From a candidate division WOR-3 bacterium (GTDB lineage: Bacteria > Hydrothermota > Hydrothermia > JBDRYB01): a DNA stretch of 14,793 nucleotides. The position numbers and the translations under genes are program-made. Positions 1-7,618 of the stretch are shown piece by piece; position 1 is the first letter of the stretch, and every line of letters starts with the position of its first letter. Under the pieces are notes generated by a model, which saw nothing but the letters and a program-made list of their open reading frames with translations, did no database searches and was not told where the DNA came from. The stretch is taken from positions 1 through 14,793 of the forward strand of contig JBMFOM010000045.1 in assembly GCA_049969615.1 (NCBI GenBank), written 5' to 3'.

Positions 1-69
1 TATGAATTTAACTCAGATAATAAGAGGATGTATTCAGGCAAAGACGGAACCATTATTTTGGATGAATGA
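1..69 (+). CDS. Possible 3' end of an upstream AT-rich gene (YEFNSDNKRMYSGKDGTIILDE*), product unknown
   Basis: Frame 1 is open from the window edge to TGA at 67-69. Too short to assign a product. Confidence 0.3.
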   Translation, partial: YEFNSDNKRMYSGKDGTIILDE

Positions 70-77
70 GAGATTGA

Positions 78-406
78 ATAAGAAAAAACGGAAGCGAAAT
101 AAATAAAGAGTATCTTGCTTTGTGTATAAATTCCCTTATTGGAAAAATGCAGACAGAAAGGGATGGTGGAGGTTCTGTTATCCTTCATTGGAAACCAGAG
201 CAAGTAAAAAGATTAAAGATCCCTATTCTTCCGCTCTCAACTCAGCAAAAAATCGCCTCTCTTGTCCAACAATCTCACGAAGCAAGAAAAAAGGCTAAGG
301 AATTATTAGAGTTAGCAAAAAAGCAGTAGAGACTGCTATTGAGAAAAATGAAAAAGAAGCGTTGGCTTATATTTCAAAGACGCCTTATGGGGAATTTAAT
401 GAATGA
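78..406 (+). pseudogene. C-terminal remnant of a restriction endonuclease specificity (S) subunit, 5'-truncated and frameshifted
   Basis: EINKEYLALCINSLIGKMQTERDGGGSVILHWKPEQVKRLKIPILPLSTQQKIASLV...ARKKAKELLELAK fits the HsdS TRD end plus coiled coil. There is an in-frame TGA at 75-77. One extra A in the A6 run at 317-322 would continue ...AKKAVETAIEKNEKEALAYI... to TGA 404-406. AT-rich relative to the window. Confidence 0.75.
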
Positions 407-578
407 CAGAAAATAAGAAAAATTGAGCCTGTCTCACAATACGATTTTTTGACGCCTATCAACTCTGAGAATGAGGCCAGGAGCGGATCTTCTCTGATAC
501 AGCTTCTCAATAACCCTATTCTGGGACAGGCTTGATATAAGCTACATGTTCCTGAGCGACAGCCTGGCGCGATTGACT

Positions 579-608
579 TTGAAATTTCCTGGCTCTGGGG
601 TTTAAGCT
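579..608 (+). promoter_or_regulatory. Putative sigma70 promoter TTGAAA-N18-TAAGCT for the FG-GAP gene
   Basis: -35 at 579-584 and -10 at 603-608; ATG lies 6 nt downstream with no SD. Confidence 0.45.
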
Positions 609-614
609 TTGCTC

Positions 615-2192
615 ATGCTGAACATGCTTATCCTCTTGTCTGTGATACCGTATCCCAGCAATCCGAACTGGGAATCAGTCTCAGGCTATGTTTCCACGGG
701 TGGCGGGCTTGCTGACCTGAACGGGGACGGCATAACCGATTTCGCGGTGGCCGAGGGCAACGACATGCAGGCCGCGCCAAATCATGTTTATTATGGCAAC
801 GGCACGAGCTTCTCGGTCAATCCCTCCTGGTCATCAACGGACTCAAGGTATTCGGGCCACCTCGCCATAGGGGATGTCAACGGTGACGGCCACCCTGACC
901 TGGCTGTCTCGGATTACATAAGATCCGGCTGGGGAAAGACGGTCTCTGTCCTCTACATGAACACGGGCACGGGCCTCGGAACCACGGCTTCCTGGACATC
1001 TGACTCCTGCCACTCCTTCTCGTGCGGGTTCGGGGATGTCAACGGCGACGGCAGACCGGAGCTCGCCCTCGCCTGCGGGGAGGCATACAACGGGTTCTAT
1101 GAGAAAGCGATCATATACCGAAACACGGGCACTGGCTACTCCTCTCCACCCTGGTGGCAATCCACGGTGGCCTACACGGCCTATGATGTGACATTCGGGG
1201 ATGTGAACAGGGACGGCTGGCTTGACATGGTTCTAGCTGGGAATTATATGCCGGTCTGCCTCTTCCTGAACAAGCGCGGATACTATGCTACGAGCCCGGA
1301 CTGGGAATCCCCTGAGGATTACGAGGTCATCCAGTGCGCGCTCGGGGACATCAACGGCGATGGCTGGCTTGACCTGGCCATAGCTGAGAACGGGCAACTC
1401 GCGGGGCGTAGCAGGGTCTGGGTGTTCATGAATCAGTCCGGGAGCTTTGAGAGCACGCCTTCCTGGAACTCCCAGGATTCCAGGAGCTACTATTCAACCG
1501 TTGCTTTCGGTGACCCCGATGCTGATGGCGACCTTGACCTTGCGGCAGGCGGGTGGTGGGAGCCGGCCGTCATATTTGAGAACGCGGGCGGCACCCTGCA
1601 GAGGCCTCCAGCGTGGAGCTGGTATAGGAACGGCCTGGTCTGCGAGAAGATAAGCTTTGGCGGGGTTGACGCTGGCGGCCTGGTGACCCTCACGGACACA
1701 TTCACCCTCTCCGGCAGGGGAAATGTCGTTCAACTGCCGAGGATGCCCTTCCACGAGATTGTCTACCTAAAGATAAACGGCGCGGATGTCCCGGTATCAG
1801 CGCTATATGCCGCGCCAGAGGAGGGGTTTGTCTGTTTTGACACAAGCTACACGACCTCCGGTTCCAACACCATAATCGTGACCTACACCTACTCGGTCTC
1901 CCAGGACCTGACGATAACCAACTGGGAGGATGGCATGGGCAACTACCTCTTTCTGAACAATAACGCCGCGACAGCCGATCTCCCAGCGCCAAAACCGGGC
2001 ATAAGGATATTCCCCAACCCGTTCGTGTCCGAGGCTATGGTCTCATGGACAGGGGGCGAGGCCGAGCTCTATGACGCGTCCGGAAGGCTCCTGGGCACGG
2101 TAAAGGACGGACGGTTTGGCGCCGAGCTCCTGCCAGGGGTCTATTTCATCGGCTCAGGCCCGCAGAGGGTTAAGGCGGTGAAGGGGAGGTGA
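615..2192 (+). CDS. Secreted FG-GAP/VCBS-repeat beta-propeller protein with T9SS type A-like C-terminal sorting domain
   Basis: Hydrophobic N-terminus. Six DxN/DxDGxxD/E repeats (DLNGDGITD, DVNGDGHPD, DVNGDGRPE, DVNRDGWLD, DINGDGWLD, DPDADGDLD) plus a split seventh. C-terminus IFPNPF...LYDASGR...LLPGVYFI...KAVK. ATG 615 is preferred over TTG 609. Confidence 0.9.
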   Translation: MLNMLILLSVIPYPSNPNWESVSGYVSTGGGLADLNGDGITDFAVAEGNDMQAAPNHVYYGNGTSFSVNPSWSSTDSRYSGHLAIGDVNGDGHPDLAVSDYIRSGWGKTVSVLYMNTGTGLGTTASWTSDSCHSFSCGFGDVNGDGRPELALACGEAYNGFYEKAIIYRNTGTGYSSPPWWQSTVAYTAYDVTFGDVNRDGWLDMVLAGNYMPVCLFLNKRGYYATSPDWESPEDYEVIQCALGDINGDGWLDLAIAENGQLAGRSRVWVFMNQSGSFESTPSWNSQDSRSYYSTVAFGDPDADGDLDLAAGGWWEPAVIFENAGGTLQRPPAWSWYRNGLVCEKISFGGVDAGGLVTLTDTFTLSGRGNVVQLPRMPFHEIVYLKINGADVPVSALYAAPEEGFVCFDTSYTTSGSNTIIVTYTYSVSQDLTITNWEDGMGNYLFLNNNAATADLPAPKPGIRIFPNPFVSEAMVSWTGGEAELYDASGRLLGTVKDGRFGAELLPGVYFIGSGPQRVKAVKGR

Positions 2193-2410
2193 GGTGGTTG
2201 GATTACAATTGGCCCGGGACTGACCCTTGACTCTAAACTATGGCTATGAACTATGGCCGGAACCGGAAGCTGGTGCTTCGCGACCCCCTCTACGGACTCA
2301 ATTGGCCGGAATTTGAACCTGACTCAGTAAACAGGGGCGCACGATGACTTATGCCGAGATACGCAAAGCCGCGAAAAAACTGAGTTGGCAACTCAGCGAT
2401 AATGATATAG

Positions 2411-2442
2411 TTTGATCCTGCGCAGGAAGTGGGTTATAATTT
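2411..2442 (+). promoter_or_regulatory. Promoter cassette copy 1 (tRNA-Lys promoter), TTGATC-N17-TATAAT with palindrome TCCTGCGCAGGA
   Basis: -35 at 2412-2417, -10 at 2435-2440, tRNA starts at 2449. Perfect 12-bp palindrome at 2416-2427. Confidence 0.75.
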
Positions 2443-2448
2443 CAGTCT

Positions 2449-2522
2449 GCCCCGCTAGCTCAATTTGGCAGAGCAGCGGATTCTTAATCCGCGGGTTCCA
2501 GGTTCAAGTCCTGGGCGGGGTA
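2449..2522 (+). tRNA. tRNA-Lys(CTT)
   Basis: Cloverleaf: acceptor GCCCCGC/GCGGGGT, D stem GCTC/GAGC, anticodon arm GCGGA-TTCTTAA-TCCGC, T arm CCAGG-TTCAAGT-CCTGG, discriminator A. CCA is not encoded. Confidence 0.96.
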
Positions 2523-2568
2523 TATTTGATATGCGCGAGATACTCTCTGAGCTCCGCTAATATCAGAC

Positions 2569-2704
2569 ATGAGACCTCTGACAAAGCATTGATAACTACT
2601 GGTCTGAGCCAGGGGCACTTTGTCCAACGAGAACAAGGCCATAAGAAGGGTCCCCTGAAAAATCCTGCCGAGAGAGCATTTCCTTATGGTTCTTTTCCAG
2701 CTAT
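2569..2704 (-). repeat. Intergenic repeat family, copy A
   Basis: The reverse complement of 2704-2629 matches 14717-14791 at 64/76 columns, and 2603-2569 matches 12904-12939 at 32/36 (hand alignments). Confidence 0.9.
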
Positions 2705-2810
2705 GATGAGGCTTTCGGATATGGACGAATGACAAACTCGGATTTTTTGGGGGGGTTGGCCTATGTATCACTGGAGAGGCAGAAGAGGCGTTGATGTTCT
2801 GTGGCAGGAC

Positions 2811-3911
2811 CTACTCCAGCTCCATTTCTCTCCTGGCCTCGTCAATCTCCATTACGCCAAGGGTTACAAGGGTCTCAACCTTTCTCAGCGTGAATTCCCA
2901 ATCCCTCGGGACCGGATCCTCAAACCGCAGGACGAGCGAATCTCCATACAGGTATGTTATCTCCGAATTCAATATATCCTCAAGGAATCTTAGGCGTGGC
3001 CTTATCACCTCGTTTAGGAAGGTGAGGTCGTTGGCCTCCGCGTTCGCCCTGTTGACATCCTGGACGAGGCCCAGCTTTGATCCGGGAACGCCGAATATGG
3101 CCAGAATGTTCTCCCTGGTAAGTCTGATGGATTCCGCGAACTCCCTGTCCACTGGCGGCACCTCAAGGAGCCTGACCTCGGTTCCCGGAGGGAGGATCGC
3201 GGGCCTGCCCGCGTTCGCCATTCCCCTGTGAAGGCGCTGGAACTCAGCCCTTATCCTGTCAATGTCATCCGGATTTGCCTCCTCGGAGATCACCATTGCC
3301 GCGGGCGGCACACCGCCGTTCTCAAGCCTGTTGTTCCTGTATTCTCCGGCCAGCCGCCAGAACTCGGTTTCCCCGAATGCGGCGCGCAGTGTTGAGGCGC
3401 CGTAATAGAATGGATCCTGTGGGTTAGGGCGCTTGAAGTGGATCACCTCATCATCCGAGAACGCCATTGGTTCCGGGAGCCAAGGAGGCATATAAAGGTA
3501 GCCCTCTATTACCCTGGGCCACTGGCCAGGGACAACTCTAACCCACTGGGGCGGCAAGGGCCAGAGCTCATTGCCAACCCTGACCCAATAGGCGTTGCCC
3601 GTCAGTTCCATCCACCCCTGGGTCAGATAAAGGAATGAGTATTGGGTTATGTATGGGTTGGGTTCCCCGATGAGCTCAAGGAGAGGATGGCTGGAAACCT
3701 CTTTCTCGGAATTGCCCTCTCTCAGAAAGAGCCTGATCCTCGCGCCCGCGACACGGGACGCGATTATGTTCACGCAAGCGAAGATGAATCCATCATAACC
3801 CTCAAGGAGCTCGGACGGGTTGTCCCTGTCCCTCTGACTGAGCCGGAACGAGAATACCTTCAACCATCCCATACCTTTCTTTTGTCTCTTTTTTCCGAAA
3901 ATGTTGAGCAT
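2811..3911 (-). CDS. Phage portal protein, HK97 family (orphan)
   Basis: Motifs IFACVNIIASRVA, HPLLELIGEPNPY, LTGNAYW, LWPLPPQWV, DEVIHFK, NGGVP, NAGRPAIL, IFGVPGSKLG, NRANAE, GVMEIDEAR. Start placed at ATG 3911 because GGAGG lies 4 nt upstream; the ORF track start at 3926 overlaps the -10 box. Confidence 0.93.
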   Translation of the reverse strand: MLNIFGKKRQKKGMGWLKVFSFRLSQRDRDNPSELLEGYDGFIFACVNIIASRVAGARIRLFLREGNSEKEVSSHPLLELIGEPNPYITQYSFLYLTQGWMELTGNAYWVRVGNELWPLPPQWVRVVPGQWPRVIEGYLYMPPWLPEPMAFSDDEVIHFKRPNPQDPFYYGASTLRAAFGETEFWRLAGEYRNNRLENGGVPPAAMVISEEANPDDIDRIRAEFQRLHRGMANAGRPAILPPGTEVRLLEVPPVDREFAESIRLTRENILAIFGVPGSKLGLVQDVNRANAEANDLTFLNEVIRPRLRFLEDILNSEITYLYGDSLVLRFEDPVPRDWEFTLRKVETLVTLGVMEIDEARREMELE

Positions 3912-3924
3912 GATTCCTCCGCCC

Positions 3925-3953
3925 ATAATAGTGTTTTTCCCTTAATAATTCAA
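3925..3953 (-). promoter_or_regulatory. Putative sigma70 promoter of the portal gene, TTGAAT-N17-TATTAT
   Basis: Minus strand reads TTGAAT (3953-3948), 17 nt, TATTAT (3930-3925), then gggcGGAGGaatcATG. Confidence 0.65.
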
Positions 3954-3996
3954 GGCTTACAGCCTGCCCCAAAATCTGGGATGAAATGTGTCAGGT

Positions 3997-4028
3997 CAAC
4001 AAAAGGCCCCGGTGGGGATCCGGGGCCT
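3997..4028 (-). terminator. Intrinsic terminator after the FG-GAP pseudogene, upstream of the portal promoter
   Basis: 9-bp stem AGGCCCCGG/CCGGGGCCT (4004-4012 / 4020-4028) with a 7-nt loop, followed on the minus strand by TTTGTTG. Confidence 0.75.
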
Positions 4029-4054
4029 CAGGAGGTATTACCATGATGGTAGGG

Positions 4055-5520
4055 TTATCTTACCGTTATGCTCTTTTGGTTTATTACGCTCTTGCCTGCG
4101 GTCGCGCTCACAACATAGGTGCCGGGACTGAGTGGGACGAACCTCTCACCGCTAAGCTGCCCAGAGACAAGTTTTCTGCCGCTTATGTCGTGAAGCGAAA
4201 ACTCCACTGATCCTGGGAAGCTATATGATAGGAGGAGGCCGCCCTTTCTGGGGATAACCTTGAATGTCGTGGGCTTTGGGTCATCCGGCGCGCCGAGCAT
4301 GCATTGCGCGTCCGGAATCAGGTTTTCATATATAACGAAGGTGGAATTGCCGCTGTTATAGCCGGGGTAGTCTATGGCGGATATGTCCGGGCAACCATCC
4401 AGATCATAGTCACCTATCCAAAGCCCATAAGAGCCGTTGGTCTGGAGGACCTGTTTGACAAAGCTTCCGCCGATATTCTCAAAGGCCGCCAGCTCGCCGT
4501 GGGTGCCAAGGTGATCCTCGTCAGCGCCACCACCGGACGCGACTATGTCCATGTCTCCGTCCAGGTCAAGGTCCGCGGCCTTGATGTCCGAACCCCAGGC
4601 TATTGAACCGACATATACGGGCATAAAGTTGTTGTAGCCGTCGTTCCTGAACATCCAGATTGAGTTGTCGTCCCCGAGGTTCATGAAGTTGGTCGCTATG
4701 AGGATGTCGCTGTCACCATCGCCGTCCATATCACCCGCCCAGACGCCGTGTGGGTCAGGCCTTGACTGTATGAAGTGAGGAACATAGTTCCCCGGAACCC
4801 CAGTATACTCAAACCACCAGACTCCAGCCGTGTATCCGAGCCAAGCGTGGGTTACTCCGGCCAGGTCTATGTCCCCGTCGCCATCAAGGTCAGCGGGCCA
4901 GACTGACTCCGCGCTCACATTGGGATATATGTTGTAGTTGGTAAAACTTCCCGCTCCGTTGTTCAGGGATACATAGAACCCATAACTCTCGCATGTCCAC
5001 GCCACATCCTGGTCTCCGTCTCGGTCAAGGTCAGCGCAATGAACATGGTTCGGGAAACCCCAGTTCTGCATTATGAGGATGACTGGTTGAAGATTCCGCC
5101 GTCGTTGCGAATCCAGAATACATAGACGCCATACCACGGATCAGCACCAACTATGTCCAGGTCGCCATCACCATCTATATCCGCCAGGTCAGAACCATAC
5201 ATTCCAGAGATGGGGAGGCTAGTGTTGGTGAAGCTCCACCCTCCCTGATTCCAGTAGACCATAGGCGTGTTCAGCGCGAACGGGGAAACAGCATCAGGCC
5301 AGGCTAAGCCTCCGATGTCCCTCGCGTTGTTCCGGACCTGGTAGAAGTGAAACCAGGACACTGTCTCCGTGTGTATATCGTGCCTCGCGAAGGAGAACGC
5401 CCTTGAGTGTGTTGTGGCTCCACCATCCATCATCTCGGTTTCGGCCGGCCTGTAGTCTGGGTGTTCACCCACCACAGTCAGTGGATAACTCCCCAGGAGG
5501 ATCATCGTGCAAATTAACAT
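4055..5520 (-). pseudogene. Secreted FG-GAP repeat protein with T9SS-like C-terminal domain, split by a 1-nt frameshift near 5085
   Basis: ORF 5520-5071 has SD GGAGGTG, a signal-like N-terminus and DIDGDGDLD. ORF 5137-4055 has five further DxDxDGxxD repeats and C-terminal LHDISGRKL...LSPGTYVV...KSITVR. They join as ...NDGGIFN-x-VILIMQNWG... if one base is added. Confidence 0.85.
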
Positions 5521-5544
5521 CCCACACCTCCATCGGTTTCGGGT

Positions 5545-5577
5545 GAATTATAAGCCACTTCCTCGCGAAGGATCAAA
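5545..5577 (-). promoter_or_regulatory. Promoter cassette copy 2, TTGATC-N18-TATAAT, driving the FG-GAP pseudogene
   Basis: Minus strand TTTGATCCTTCGCGAGGAAGTGGCTTATAATTC; -35 at 5576-5571, -10 at 5552-5547. Confidence 0.75.
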
Positions 5578-5602
5578 TACTGAAATCCGGTCTCCACCAC
5601 AC

Positions 5603-5634
5603 ATGATCCTGCTCAGAAAAGTAGGTTATAATTT
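5603..5634 (+). promoter_or_regulatory. Promoter cassette copy 3, ATGATC-N18-TATAAT, driving the ABC ATPase operon
   Basis: ATGATCCTGCTCAGAAAAGTAGGTTATAATTT; -10 at 5627-5632; GTG start 6 nt later. Confidence 0.7.
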
Positions 5635-5638
5635 GCCC

Positions 5639-6385
5639 GTGATAGAAGTTTCAGATCTCTGGAAATCCTTCGGCAAAGCCCCTGTTCTGAAGGGTGTGAG
5701 CCTCAAAATCAGCGATGGCGAAACCGTAACCATCCTCGGCAAGAGCGGCTCCGGCAAGACGGTTTTGCTGAAGAACATCGTTGGCCTGATGCGTCCGGAC
5801 AGGGGCAGTGTTGTGATTGATGGGGTGAATGTATCCAAGGCCAGGCTCAAAGCCCTATACGCTCTGAGAAGAAATATGGGTTTCGTGTTCCAGTGGTCGG
5901 CTCTTTTTGATTCCATGACCGTGTATGAGAACCTAGCGCTTCCCCTTGTTGAGAGGAGGGTAAGTGCGAAGGAGATTGCCGAAAGGGTCGCGGAGACGCT
6001 TGAGATGGTTGAGATGGGCGGGACGCAGAAACTCTATCCGGCGGAGCTCTCCGGCGGCATGAGGAAGAGGGTGGGGGTCGCCAGGGCCATAGTGGCGAGG
6101 CCGAGGTATCTCTTTTATGACGAGCCAACCACGGGCCTTGACCCCATCACCGCTGACACCATCTGTAACCTCATCTCTGATCTGGACAGAAAGCTCGGCG
6201 TCACATCTGTCGTGGTGACCCACGACATGCACCTCGCCACGAAGGTGTCGGACAGAATAGTCCTTTTATCCGATGGGGTTATATCCTGGGAGGGTAGGCC
6301 AGATGAGGCCATATCCTCAAAATACAGCGCGATCGCGGATTTTCTTGAGGCGACATCCCTTCAGGCCCAGGAGCACAAAGCATGA
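5639..6385 (+). CDS. ABC transporter ATP-binding protein, MlaF/Mkl/TGD3-like
   Basis: Walker A GKSGSGKT, FQWSALFDSMTVYEN, signature LSGGMRKRV, Walker B/D-loop FYDEPTTGLDP, H-loop VTHD. Likely start is GTG 5639 (MIEVSDLWKSFG), not 5507. Confidence 0.9.
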   Translation: MIEVSDLWKSFGKAPVLKGVSLKISDGETVTILGKSGSGKTVLLKNIVGLMRPDRGSVVIDGVNVSKARLKALYALRRNMGFVFQWSALFDSMTVYENLALPLVERRVSAKEIAERVAETLEMVEMGGTQKLYPAELSGGMRKRVGVARAIVARPRYLFYDEPTTGLDPITADTICNLISDLDRKLGVTSVVVTHDMHLATKVSDRIVLLSDGVISWEGRPDEAISSKYSAIADFLEATSLQAQEHKA

Positions 6386-7587
6386 ATAACCCAGAAAGAG
6401 ATTTCTCGCCTGAAGCCCTGACCCAGGTTAAGGATATACCGGAATTCTCCGGCGGCTATGAGGACATAACGGATTGCGAGGCATTCGCTGTTGACGATCC
6501 GGAGATAGCCGATCCGGACGACGCTATATCCATTCAGGACTATGGAAAGTTCTATAGACTCGGCGTTCACATATCCTTGGTCTCCTGGTTCATTGGCAGT
6601 GGAACCCCTCTGGACAAGGAGGCAATGGAAAGGGCAATCTCGGTCTATATCCCCGGAAAGAACATCTACATGTTCCCGGAGGAGCTCATAAGGGAGAAGC
6701 TCTCCCTTTCTGACCGGAGAATCAGTCCTGTCCTCTCGCTTTTCGCGGACATTGATGATGACGGAACCCTCATCAGGGTTGAGATAAAGCTGGCCCAGAT
6801 CAGGCTCACGGCCAGGTTCTCATATCAGGAACTTGCCGCCCTCCTGAAAACAGAGCCGCGAATACGCCAGCTATATTTCCTCTCGCTTGTCCTGTCTGAG
6901 CGCCGGGCCATGGCTGGCGGCAACTTGATACCCATACCGTATTTGAAGGTTTGCGATTCTGGCGGAGAAATGCTCTTTGAGAAGGTTAATCCGGAGTCAC
7001 CCGAACAGTTGATGATCACCGAACCCATGATCCTCTACAACCATCTCCTCTCAAAATTTCTCGTCAATAACAACGCGCCCGGGGCATTCCGCCACCAGCC
7101 CGAACCCCACGGCAGGCCTCCTTCCCCACACAATCCCCTTTATCCCGTCAAGGCCCTCTACGCGCTGAAAAAATCCCACCTGTCACCGGATCCAAAACCC
7201 CACAAGGGCCTTGGTTTTTCATCATACCTACAGGCCACATCCCCCCTCAGAAGGTTCACAGACCTCATCAATCAGCGGCAGGTTCGCGCCATACTTGAGG
7301 GCAATAGTCCCCCTTATGAAAGGGAGGAACTGGCAGGCCTCCTGCCAGATCTTGAGGACAGAGAGGCCGAATCCAAGAGAACCCAACGCGATGCTCTTCT
7401 GGCTATTCTAATGGCTTATCTGGAGGGCAAGACCCTTTCTGGCGTGGTCTCCACCAGGAGCAAGGGCGGCCGTGTTTTTCTGCCGGATTATCTCACCCAG
7501 GTTCCCATGGGCGAGGAAGCCGAAGGCATAAAAGAGGGCCTGCGTTTGATGGTAAAGATAAAGGATGGCAAGGCTTACCGTGCATGA
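6382..7587 (+). CDS. RNB-domain (RNase II/R family) exoribonuclease-like protein lacking N-terminal cold-shock domains
   Basis: FAVDDPEIADPDDAIS (DxxxxxDxDD), SVYIP, HKGLG..YLQATSPLRRFTDLINQRQ. ATGA overlap with the upstream gene. Confidence 0.88.
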   Translation: MNNPERDFSPEALTQVKDIPEFSGGYEDITDCEAFAVDDPEIADPDDAISIQDYGKFYRLGVHISLVSWFIGSGTPLDKEAMERAISVYIPGKNIYMFPEELIREKLSLSDRRISPVLSLFADIDDDGTLIRVEIKLAQIRLTARFSYQELAALLKTEPRIRQLYFLSLVLSERRAMAGGNLIPIPYLKVCDSGGEMLFEKVNPESPEQLMITEPMILYNHLLSKFLVNNNAPGAFRHQPEPHGRPPSPHNPLYPVKALYALKKSHLSPDPKPHKGLGFSSYLQATSPLRRFTDLINQRQVRAILEGNSPPYEREELAGLLPDLEDREAESKRTQRDALLAILMAYLEGKTLSGVVSTRSKGGRVFLPDYLTQVPMGEEAEGIKEGLRLMVKIKDGKAYRA

Positions 7588-7618
7588 TCTTACCCTGGTC
7601 TGATCGGAGTCAGGAACC

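Noticed and set aside
2498-2522. attL/attR duplication of the tRNA-Lys 3' end bounding a prophage
   Set aside because: No second copy of the tRNA 3' end and no integrase found in the window.
2743-2755. T6G7 tract as a phase-variation switch
   Set aside because: It lies between convergent 3' ends, not in a promoter or coding region.
2412-2771. ORFs 2412-2732(+) and 2484-2771(-)
   Set aside because: They overlap the tRNA, its promoter and repeat A, and show no protein-like motifs.
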